Source of the DNA: Hyphochytrium catenoides
Lineage: Eukaryota > Protista > Hyphochytriomycota
Reading direction: 5' to 3'
NCBI GenBank assembly: GCA_900088475.1
Contig: FLMG01000658.1
Span: 6,293 to 70,292, forward strand
Length of the DNA stretch: 64,000 nt
Positions 1 to 11,109 of the stretch are shown here, one piece after another. Under the pieces are notes generated by a model that saw only the letters and a program-made list of their open reading frames with translations, ran no database searches and was not told the origin of the DNA. Each line of letters starts with the position of its first letter. The stretch's first letter is position 1. Made by a program: the position numbers and the translations under genes.

Positions 1-1681
1 GAAGTTGTTGAACTCGATGGTGCAAGGTTTGTGGCTAATTTTTTGACGGTTCAAGTATCTCCTCACATCAACCATGTGGATGACTCCTCGTCGGCGTATT
101 CCTGACATATTCTTGAGCGAGAGGAGGCAAAATAAGCCCCGGATAGTATGTATAGGAGCCACAGGATCTATTTTATGAAGGGAGAAGCCAAAGTCCTGTT
201 AATCTAGTAGCGAGCCCAGCTAAGTTCGCTTATGGACCTACCTCTCCCTCTTATCCACCAACCGAAATCGGTCAGGACGACTGGATCGCGGGAACCTTAC
301 TTCCTGGTGTGTCTCAAACAAACAGAGCTGCTTACCCACCAACGGTAAAGCCCCACTTCAGGCGAATCCTCTGCTCACCGGACCTTTGGGTGGGCGGACT
401 CCAGAGTGGAAAGTAGGCCGAGATCTGCAGAAGAAATCTCTATGACGAGCTTCCAACAACAGAACTCCAGACCAGCCAGCGGAGTCTCCTCGGGGTCGCT
501 AACGGCCAGCATTCAGGATGTGTTCCTCAATAAACTCGCTAACAACGACTACAGGGCAATGATGGTGAGGGATATCGAATCTTTGTAGAGAAGAAATCAC
601 TATAATTACTCATAAATCTCATCATGAAGCGTAATAGCTTTCTGCTCAAAAAATAAATCCAATGCCGCATCGCTCCTTTCTCGTTATAATGCAAATGATG
701 GGAGGAGGTATGCCCTAGGCTGCGCTTCTCTGATTCTATTCCGTGTTGTTGATGGACTCATTCGGTTTGATGATGACGACATTTTTTTCATATGAAGAAG
801 GCGCCCATTTCAGGGGAAGAAGTCCGCGATAAAGATTGTAAGGGTTGATCTTGTTGGCATCGTTCTCGCTGCGTAGCTATTAATGGAATTACTCTGTGTG
901 GTACATCCTTCTTGAGGTGCTTACAGTGCTGATGATGGGGACTTCTTCTGGACCTTATGGACACAGTGCTCCGCCGAAGGAATAGTCTATTATCTCTCTA
1001 CGTGCAGTACTTCTTGAAGTGCTCTTCATGCATGATGGTAATTGGTCGTTGATCTCATCGGCACCATTTACCGCGGCCCCTATGGTCTTTCTCAGGGTAT
1101 GCGGCGCTTCTTGAAGAATTCACGATCCATAGTGGAAACTTTTTATTTATAGGTGGCGCTGCCATCCGCCTCAACAATGGTCTCTCGTCGTGTATGCAGT
1201 TTATTCACATAAAGTAAAACTAAGTCGTGCCTAATCTTAAAACTCTCTACTCCTGTTGTCAAAGTGCCTATCAATACGTATGAGTCGATGATACTGAGAC
1301 GCCAACAGGGAGGTTGAGAGCAAAACGTCATTCACAAAATAAGGGAAGTGAGAGGGGCGAGTCTGCTGCCAGTGAAAGAAGAGAGGTAGCAAAGAAGCCT
1401 GAAAAAACCATGGCTAAAACCTCACACCAACGAGTGATAAGACAATTGTTCAAAAGCAACCGGTCGCCCCGACAGAGCACGACCACGAGGATCTGAGGAG
1501 ACTTCGAGCCCCATGGGGTAGACCATCTAGAAGGCGGATGAGAAGACTGCGGTATCAGACCCTGCTTGGTCCCTACTGAACCGCAGTGGGAAGAAATCTA
1601 CGCCAGATTGCTTTGTTTGGCGCGACAAGTTGCTGCGTATTTGAGCTCATAGGCGAGGTTGTGGCATCTCGCCCGCCGAGC

Positions 1682-3387
1682 CTAGCGATGGCCATCGTGC
1701 TGGTTTGCCTTCAATGTGTTAGTGACGACGCCCAGGTGGATAATCCTGTCCCCAGCCTGCACGACAGGATTCACGTTCTTTCCAATGACAATTCCGTCTT
1801 CTGGAGCAAAGTAGTCCCTAACATGATCGCCTAGTAGAGAGAATGGTGAACATAAGGTAGTGACACATCATAGGCTGGGAAAATCCCTTACCGAAGACAT
1901 CATGGACTGTTGCTATCTTGTCGCCCTTCCTCACCCACGTGTTGACCTCTGCAGTGTAGAGGTGGTAGAAATGAGACGGGAATGGCTTTAGTAACAGAGA
2001 CATATACTTGGCGTGCTAACGGTCATAGGAGCAAGCACTGACCTGGATGGACGACCATCAGCCCTCCAACATCTGCATAACTCCACGAAGACCGCCCACA
2101 GACCACTGGGTCCACATCTGGCGGCTCATTGGAGGCTTCGACAGAGAGCATGTTCAGATACACCATAATGTTATACACGCCGACGAGAGCGTGCCTGATG
2201 TACCGCCGCTGAAAGACTAGCGGGTTGCCAATCTCCACAGTGATGGCGGGGATTTGCAGCTTGGCGGCCGCCCCTCTGAGGGAGCCGTCCGGACTGGAGT
2301 TATGTACGACAATCTGCGGGTTCTGTAGAAGCGCCATCCGTCTGGCCATTGGCTCCAGAAGATTTGCCCGCACATAAAGAGAGTTTACTCTTCCGTGGCT
2401 CGCAGTGTGAAGGTCAATGAGAAAGTCTAGCTTCTTGATAATCTTGTGCATGAACTGGTAGCAGTATTGATTCCCGCTATCGCCGTCTGGCTTGCCAGGG
2501 AACAATCTGTTGAGATCCTGACCGTCACTGAAGGTTCTGGTGCACCGCATAAAGCCCGGGTTATTCACCACGGGCACGAAGACCACGATGCCGTGCAGAG
2601 AGTCGACATCCAGCTCCTTAACTAATCTGTGGATCAGCGGGATGCCATTGAGCTCATTGCCATGCACCGCTGCTGTTATGCCTAATATTGGCCCTGAGAG
2701 CATCCCTCGTGCTATGATCAGCGGGATCTTCAGGGTACGAGAGAACGCATCCATGGTAAGCGAGAGCCATAACCGGTGGATGCGGCCGGGAAGGAGATCA
2801 GAAAACTCCACAGTGTCCAACAGCACGCGCTTGTCTGTCTCCTCATAATGGCTGAAGTCTGAGGGCCTTCGAACCATTGGCCTCTTTTTCTCAAGCATTG
2901 AGCCCAACACGTTTAGCACATTCATGCCCTCCGTCGTATCTTGAAAGCGAGCGTTGTCAACCTTGGATGCCCAAGCCAGCACGTTAACATTCACACCTGC
3001 GCCTCCAGCCTCTCCCAGCCACCGTTGCCACTTCTTCAGGATCTTACCAAAGGCAACTTTATTGACAGTGGCATAGTCAAAGAGCCGCATAATCCTCTCA
3101 CGGAAGTTCAGCAGCGTCAGTCTGTCATGCTTCTTCTCTTCAGCGAGCTTGTGGCCCTCGTCCACTAACTTCTTGATCTCTACCGTGTAAAAGTCATCAA
3201 CCCTTCTTACGTCTTCCTCAATAATGGCTTCAAACTTCAGAACCGTATCGCTAATAGTCTCAGGAGGCGGATGCTCCTCGGCAGAAGTTCCAGCTTGCCG
3301 GATTAAGTTCTTGAGCTCTTCATACCGCACGTACTGATCCTTCCATTCAGGCACCATGCGCACAAGCATCTGCTTGGAAAACTTCAT
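1682..3387 (-). CDS. SPX domain fused to an M14-family succinylglutamate desuccinylase/aspartoacylase (AstE/AspA-like) Zn hydrolase; 3 exons (3387-2043, 1948-1892, 1830-1682), about 516 aa
   Basis: SPX hallmarks are MKFSKQM..VPEWKDQYVRYEELK and LFDYATVNKVAFGKILKKW. M14 motifs are AAVHGNE, DLNRLFPG, IDLHT and TVEIG. Two GT-AG introns restore the frame into the C-terminal hybrid-like domain (V.KGDKIATVHDVFGDHVRDYFAPEDGIVIG..NPVVQAGDRIIHLG), ending at TAG 1684-1682. Confidence 0.9.
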
Positions 3388-5773
3388 CCTTCGTGACTGC
3401 CAAGTCAGTTGCCCTTGATGTCGTCACGATCTAGCGGAATCTGTGTCTAGAACTAGCAGGCGCAGCAGCGAGCGGAGGTCTAAGGATAAATTTGCGGGCC
3501 TCTGTCTCCGACAATGCTAACAAGCCTGTTCGACCTGCTGACAACTGACCCAGGCAATGATGATCAGCGTTAACCCATCGACTTGAAGCTCCATCTGTCA
3601 CTGGCCTAAACCGTTGCTGGTGGGGGAGAAGTCCTCAGTGCGGAGTGCTGAGCTGCATCAAGCGGCCTCTCCATGCCGCAACGCCTTGAAGCCCAAGATC
3701 ATGAAGGCTCATGCACTCGGCTGCCTCTCCTTCCTTCAGATAGGCGCTAACGGTTGGGATTCTACCATCTGTGCCTTGCTTTGTGCACGCGTTCTACTAT
3801 GTGTAAGGAGTAAGGAATGTCCGCACTCATCCCAGGAAAGAGCTCGTTGGCCGCCGTCATCAGGGACCCGAGCTTGGCTTGAGCTCCACCAGGCTTTGCT
3901 TCGGGAGCTGGTGAGCAACTAACACCACACTGCGTGGGTTGGCAAGCAGCAGCAGGGCCACAAGCACAACACCACAAGGTCATAGATGACAGGTAGATTA
4001 GGCTGCATTCGCGTTATATATAGACAACAGTAGGTAGGGTTGTTGGCCGGTACTAAGGGCGCCTCTTCTTTACTGTGCACCATCCGGGCATCACGCAGCG
4101 CTGCCGGTCCAGCTAATCCAAGGGATGTATGAGGGAAAGATCGCTTCGCGTCGCCCTTTTATGTAGCCTGTTATACCCGTCTAGCCTGCTCTCCTAAGGA
4201 CACTCGCCTCATGCTGCTGTGCTCCGTTAAGCCCTTCTTGCCGGACTAATTACGATCCCACTTCCCTCACTTGTTACTTTTAGTGTCTTTCTGCTTCTTC
4301 CAGCACCTTTTCTATGACAACAAAGTGGCCTCATACCATACTCTGAGGAGGGCTGCTGTTGTCTCCACCCACTAAACCCCCCGCCAAGAAGGAAGTCCTC
4401 CGCCGCCATTCTACTAGTAAGTGGCTATGAAGCACACTCCTAACTACCCTACAGCCGCACCCGTCGTCATCAAGCCACGGGGGCAGTTGATGCTTCTGGG
4501 TTTGTTCTCCATAGAGCGGCTGCCCTTCTTGTCGTGGCATACGATTTACTGCCCTCACTAATTAAGGAAGACGTATTTATTATGATGATAAGCTCAAGGG
4601 TCTCTCGACCAATTGATTGCAGCGTCTAATAACTGAGCGTCGTCTGGTTTGATACATGTTACCTCTTACACCGCCCCTCACGTCGAAGTACTCTACTGAC
4701 CTAGAAGTGTCCGAGCATTGCCTGCGTCCTACTACTACTTGTGAAGGTTAGTGTCTACCTAGCCGGTGGGAAGAAGCCAGATCTTTAAACTACCTAGCCT
4801 GCTCTTTATAGGCGCTAAACCTGGCGCCTTGCGTCCCAAGTCCCCGATGATGTTTTCATTCGACGCCGCACCACCTATGGCTAAGAAAAATACATTTATG
4901 AGCAAGTTTCCTCTGTTCTTCCGCCTTGCCTTAGATAGTGGCTGCCGATCCCTATGTAATGAGGATGCGAGCAAATAAGGGTCACGGGAGCTTGTAGACC
5001 TGGAGACTGAGCCACGTGAGATGATGATGGGCAGTGAAAGTGACCTTGAAGACTGGTGGCCAGGCCGACCAACCACGAAGTTCCCATGAAGATTTGGCAT
5101 TCAAACCATTAGTGCCTGAGAGAGCGTGATAGGATCTGCGCCATTGGGCGGTAAAAACCTCTCAAATGGGAAGAAGACGTACTCTTGAAGGGGATGAAAA
5201 AGTAAATCCCAGATTTCTCACAAGCTGAAACGGATTATTTTTGGCAGAGTTGAAGTTGAAGAAAGATTCCTTTCCTCGGAGTAGTTTTCAATTACTGCAG
5301 GCTGACGTTAATTCAGACTAACCGAAACCTTCAAAATTGAGGAAGCTTTCAGGCCCGATGATGATGTGTTGAGTGCAATCCTTGACAGTTTGATAGGTGC
5401 TTCTCCATCTCAAGAGCTGCTCTCACTGGACAGAGAGATGCACTGCACTCTCGAGGAGTAAGAGCAGGGAAGGGAGCAGCTGATGGCGCAGAAGATAGAG
5501 AGGGAAGAATCTAGAGAGATAATGAGAAGCGTCGGAGATAGAAAGAGAAGGGACCAGGTAGAAGATGCGCTGGTTATACAGAGTCCCCTACAATAGTAGC
5601 CAAAGATAGAGGAAAGTAGAGGAAAAGGCGGTGTTGTGAGGAATAAGGTTTGAGAGAATGAAGGGAGACAGTCCACCCAATGAAGCGTTATATGGCGCTC
5701 TCCTCCCATCGAGGCTGGTGAGACAGAGCTTGCGGACGATGCTCATCACTCGTCAACCTTCATATGCATCACG

Positions 5774-6790
5774 ATGGGAGTTCTTAAAGATGGGAGAGTG
5801 GCGTTGGGGCTCCTACCTACCTTGGCTGTCAAGAATGAGAGTCAACCAGAGGATGCGGAACTGGGGTCAACGCCATCCGCATCCGGAGACTGGCAGGATC
5901 TAGAAAGTTATTGCATTATTGATCAGCAAACTGTCTCTTGTGCCAGTCAGGACGTGATTCGCCTTGATGACCAGCTGTCGCCAAATGTGATGGTAGATGA
6001 AGCAGAGCGATCTCTCGAGGTCAAGGTCCCGGACGTCATTGTCGACAAGTCAGTGCCCGCATCTACAGCAGTTTCGACAGTGAAGAGACCGAGCAAGGTG
6101 CACTGGGTGGATAGGACCATCTTATGGCTTAAGTTATTAGCGGGGACCTTATACATCGTTGGCTCCATTGGATATTATCCGCAGCTCAACCCAGATGGCT
6201 CTGTCTTAGGCTACCGAATAGGTCGATGGAGCTATTGCACAGGTTCTACGATTCTCTTTATGTGTGGCACGCGAGGGTTTGCCAAACATTTGATTGCCAA
6301 AGCGCTGATCACAAATGTCAAGGTTCAGAAACAGAAGAAGCATACCTTCGCACGCTGGAGTAGCATACTACGAGCCATGTTGTCAGACTTTCTCTGTTGG
6401 ATATATCTCTTCTCTTTAGGTGCATCAGGATTTTATCTTCTTGGTATTGGCTTCTACTCTGCTGGACAATCGCCGGCTGGGACGTGGGCTTTCATTGTAG
6501 GAAGCATCTCTTACGTCATGTGCGGAGTAGTGGAAGGCATGCAGATATTGCTGGGATGGAAAGCGGGCGAAGAAAGTGTAGCCACCCAATGGCGTCGGAA
6601 GCTCGCGCACGGATTGTCAGACGTAGCTGCGGGCTGTCTGTTCTTACTTGGGAGTGTCTATTTGTTGCCCTCGTACTTTGCGTCCCCCGGAGGTGCCTTG
6701 ATGGTCGCGAATGGGTTCCTGATTGGCTCCGTGATGTACTTTCTCACTGTGTGCGACCATATGTATCTATTATATAAAGCACAGGGCTAA
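5774..6790 (+). CDS. Multi-pass membrane protein with YrhK-like helical hairpin repeats
   Basis: 338-aa intronless ORF with a soluble N-terminus, then about 6 TM segments in repeated pairs (LYIVGSIGYYP...WSYCTGS; FYLLGIGFYS...WAFIVGS; LFLLGSVYLLP...FLIGS), the pattern typical of YrhK domains. Confidence 0.65.
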   Translation: MGVLKDGRVALGLLPTLAVKNESQPEDAELGSTPSASGDWQDLESYCIIDQQTVSCASQDVIRLDDQLSPNVMVDEAERSLEVKVPDVIVDKSVPASTAVSTVKRPSKVHWVDRTILWLKLLAGTLYIVGSIGYYPQLNPDGSVLGYRIGRWSYCTGSTILFMCGTRGFAKHLIAKALITNVKVQKQKKHTFARWSSILRAMLSDFLCWIYLFSLGASGFYLLGIGFYSAGQSPAGTWAFIVGSISYVMCGVVEGMQILLGWKAGEESVATQWRRKLAHGLSDVAAGCLFLLGSVYLLPSYFASPGGALMVANGFLIGSVMYFLTVCDHMYLLYKAQG

Positions 6791-6851
6791 AGGTAGAAAG
6801 GCCATCCTCACACTAAAGTCTAATGTACACCGCGCTCAAAGTCCCTTCGCG

Positions 6852-8025
6852 TTAAACTTCCGCCTGACTGGCAAGCAGCTGGTTGTCTGTCAGACAGAGA
6901 AGCATCCAGTGTGGTGAGGGGCTAATTGATGCGCAGCATGCCAATAATAGCTGGTGACTTACACTGGCAGAGTCGTAGCTTGAGCAGGAGGTTCTTTTCG
7001 TCTCGGAGCTGCTTCTTCTCCTCGTAGCAGGATTTCACACGGTCCCACCAGCGCTTACGGCCAATTTTGTCGCCATTTGCATTGCATTCCTCAGCCTTTG
7101 TCTGTGCCATCAATATTTGAGCCTCGAGTGCGTCGATATCCTTCTGCAACTTGTCTAGCTGCTGGTCAATAGATGGCGCCTCGAACGCTTGGACTACCTG
7201 CTACTCAAACGTATTGAACTTACTACGGACATGGTAAGAAAAGAACCCCTCATTCACACGTACCGTGGAATTAGCGCCATCTCCGCCATTGGCATGATCT
7301 TCTGAGCGCCTCACTGCAGCAGAGGGTAGAGGCGGCAACGGGATGCTAGGATCCATGTCATGCAAGAGAAGACTGCTGCGATATTTGGCAGCCCTCTTCT
7401 TATGCTTGTGGGTGGAAAGCACATGTCGCTCGACAAAGCACTTCTCAGGCTTGGATATCCTGATGTTACATGCTTTGCACCAGATGTTCCGATTATCGTC
7501 CTCTCTGATGTAGAGCAGCTTGTCTGGGCCGCCATATCGTTCTACGAGCTCAGTCCGCGTCGTTCTGCGCGCTCTGACGAGCTTGGTGTTACTGAGATGC
7601 TTCTGCGTCTGGACATGCCTCTGCACGAAAGACTTTTCAGGCTTTGTGATTCTGATGTCGCAGGCACGACACCAGATATTCCGGTTGTCTCGGACGTTTA
7701 TGTATAAGTACTTCTCCTGTCCGCCGAATGTTGTCACAAGCATCTCGCGCGTAAAGTACACGCGCTGTGGCTTCTCCTCTGGCGCTGTCTGCTCTGCTGC
7801 TGTCACAGGTGTAGCAGAATTAGAGGTATCGTTCGGAGCTGCTGGAGGGTCCTCCGGAGCTGGTCGTTTGACCAGCACGCTACTTGTGTTCTCCGGTCCC
7901 TCTTCTCCTCCTTCCTGCCCAGTGCCGGGTGCTTTGGTCGCCTTTTTGTTCACCTTTGGGGATGCCCGCTTCTTCTTGATTGCCAGCTTTTGCGGCTCGC
8001 CTTCCTTCGGCGGTGTAGGGGACAT
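6852..8025 (-). CDS. Protein with two tandem CGGBP1/U1-like C2H2 zinc fingers and a C-terminal coiled coil; 3 exons
   Basis: Duplicated motif IWCRACDIRITKPEKSFVQRHVQTQKH / IWCKACNIRISKPEKCFVERHVLSTHKH. A GT-AG intron at 7263-7198 joins it in frame to the coiled-coil ORF (QLDKLQKDIDALEAQI...EEKKQLRDEKNLLL). A second intron leads to YNQLLASQAEV*. Basic NLS-like stretch KKKRASPK. Confidence 0.75.
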
Positions 8026-11000
8026 AGTGACCTAACGTCCAACCACTCTCTGTAGGGCAAGCGGCCTGATGGAGCCAAGAGCCGTTCTGCCGCGCTTCTC
8101 CGTCGTTGATCCCGATCTGCCTCTGCGTGACTCTGAAGCGAGGCTCCTTGGGTCTCAAGCGGTTCTGATTCTGATATAATAACCTTCCCCTCTGTATCTT
8201 CAACCTGCCCAGCTTAGCGTCACTCTCCGCACTTGTTGGCTGCGGGCAAAAATCAAAAGTGCGCAGCGAAGGCCAAGCTAAAACGTGCGCGTGCGCAACG
8301 ATCAGCGCCGCAAACTATAGCAATCGGGACACCACAGAGGGAGTCCCAGAGGGCGGGCGGCCGTCGTGGGAAAGGCCAATTCCTACAGCCCGGTAGTAAT
8401 AATTCCCAAGGTTTAACGGCTAGTAAAACCTCATACCATGCCTGTCAAGAGCTTTCCGCTAGACAGAGGCCGTCTCTACAAAGTTTTGTTGAGTTTGTTT
8501 GTCTTGGCAGGAGATCTTCAGAGGAGGAAGGAGCAATGCAGACCCATCTCGCGAGGAAGGACTCAGGAGAAGAGGAGAGAGAAGATCCTCATCACTTCGA
8601 GACTCGTCGCAAGCCCTACCACTCAGAAGCAGCTCCTTCAGCCGAGCGCCGCGTCTGTTACATTCTGTCAGTGGTGGTGGACGGCATTGATAATAACGGA
8701 AATTAAAAGTTGATGATGATTGTGCTGGCAGTGAATGAAAGCAGAAGATGCACTAGGAAAAGGCGCAGGTGTCAAAGAGGAAGCAGGGCGAGCAGCGGGA
8801 TGATTCTCCTACTATCTGAGCATCCATAGCCCTCTTCTCAATTGTGATCAAAGGTCGAGAGTGAGGAAGACGGAACGATTGTCTTATCCTCCTCTGTGAT
8901 GTTGGAAATAATCGGTGCTCAAGCAAACCGCGTCTGCCACTGTCGCGTCCGAGGAAGCGCTGCCATGAATAATGAAGAGTGAACGCCTATTCTAGCCGTG
9001 CAAGACGAGGTGACGGCCGGGGTATTCAGGAGCAAAGGGGAGAGTCTTTGCATATCCTCCTCTAAGCCGCCTACTACTATAAGAAGGTTCAAGTAAAGGA
9101 GTTTCTGCTGCAAATTTCTGAAGAATGACTGAGTGTCGACAGGAAGGGCTTTGTCTTGGTCAAAAGTTTATAATAGCCAGCTACTTTGCTTGGCCACACA
9201 GTCCCATCATTAAGGTACCAAGAACTCATCACTCTGAAATAGAAAAACGTGTCAGGCTTCCACCATTCTTGATGCTCTTTGCAGCCGTCTTCCAGCAGTC
9301 ATTCCTCTTTAATGACTCTCACCACTGTTCTCGATACCTTTGGCACTTTTGAACAGCTAAATCTTGGCTGGCCTACATTATTCACTATCTAGCTCTACGT
9401 TGGAGCATGAGAACCTCATAGCTGAGCGATCATCGACGATGTAAACTCATCAGCCTCTACGATGAAATGTCATGACACGGAACTGATGATCTAGAAGCGC
9501 CAGAGCCAGGCGAAGGAGGAAGTACCACTATGCACCTCAGCGAGCCCTACCGAAGAGGAAGAATGGTAGAGGTCGCTCCATTGCGTTCTGCACAAAACTT
9601 CTACGCTGTTGTTCATTGTAGGACTTCGAGTCCGTACTCCCCTGCTGCTACCTGTTACATTGCTGACGGAGACTTATGACTGGTTCCTTATTATGTTGAG
9701 CGTGATGGTGGTCCTATGCTTTCTGTCAGGGATTTGCAGGGGCTGCAGTCTACTGCTGCTGTGGGGAGATAATAGATCAGAGCGGCGGGCATGAGGGATG
9801 TACTTTAGTCTTCATATTTTTCAGACAAGGGAAACTTGGCAGCAGTTACGGAGCTCCATGATAGATCATCCTCAATAAGGCGCCATCTAGGTAGTTTGGC
9901 TGCCAGTCATGATGGAAGAAGGGGCAATCTACACAAATAGCAGGCTAATTGTGATGCCGAACTGATGCAGATAGAGATGGAGAGAGACCATGGCTTCTGT
10001 TGCTCACTCGGGTAATATTCTTGTAAATATCCTGGATGGCCTCCTCCGACGTGCCAGAGTCACGGCTTATGAAATAAAGGTTATACTACTGAGCGCCGGC
10101 TACCAGCATCTGCACTGGCCCTACCCCAAAAAAGAAGCTGCGCTCCTTACTCATCATGCGGCCATCAATTTGGCGCCCGGCGGCGGAGGACCAACAACTA
10201 ACTGACGCCAATCCTGCACAGGTTCTTAACATTTCCTGCATGCTGTTGCGACGATGATGAGGTACCCTTTGAAGGGAGGAGCTTCTTCTTTAGATACCGG
10301 ACCTTCGCGCAAGCTCTTTATAACGCGGTCAGTGCTAACGTTAGAGGGAGCCTACTACTAATAGCAGTACAATCGTAGCCTTAGGACCACGAACCCCCGC
10401 CCGACGAAGAAGGTAAGAGCTTGCACGAGGACTTGAGGCTGGTGTATGGCAGGGTTCGGCACCAGGAGGCAGTGCAGGATGACGAAATGCGTCTGACTCT
10501 CACGCAGAGTGGTACTCGTAGAACTACAGTAGTGCACTTGATCCGTTTCACTCCTTCTCCTTATTGTCCCACCTTCACTTCTAGAAGACGGTTTTGTGAT
10601 GGGGAAAGTTGATTCTGATAATTATTCAGATTGTTTGAAATACGGAAAGGAAACAAACAGACAATAACTATCAAAGTCCCTTTAGATTGCGTCAAAAGTT
10701 CCACAGGAATCCTTCACATAAAGGACGCAATTTATTTCCATCCTCACGCAGCCACAACTGAGATGAAAGATGATCATCAGTGTCGCCGCCGCCGCCTGGT
10801 GGGCAGGCCCCGCCCCTCGCTTTCTGAGAGAAGGCAGGGCGCTTGGTCGTCAACAAGCAAACCAGGAGGAGGGACATAAGAGCAGCCGGCGGTCATCACG
10901 ATAGAAGGCGCCGCCCATACATGCGACAGCACCCTAGCCAAAGAGCATCATTGCCACCAACAGCGCGTGATTGGGTCATAATCAAAAACATACCTAGCAC

Positions 11001-11109
11001 CAAGCGTCGTAGAGTGTCATCAACGAAGTGCATTTCAGGAAGCTAACCGCAGTTCTACCTAACAGAGATAAGAAAGCAAACAAAGCGTCTTGTTATCACT
11101 GCTATTATT

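Noticed and set aside
5300-5600. Coiled-coil-like reading frame interrupted by stops
   Set aside because: Possibly a TE-associated relic, but there is no diagnostic motif.
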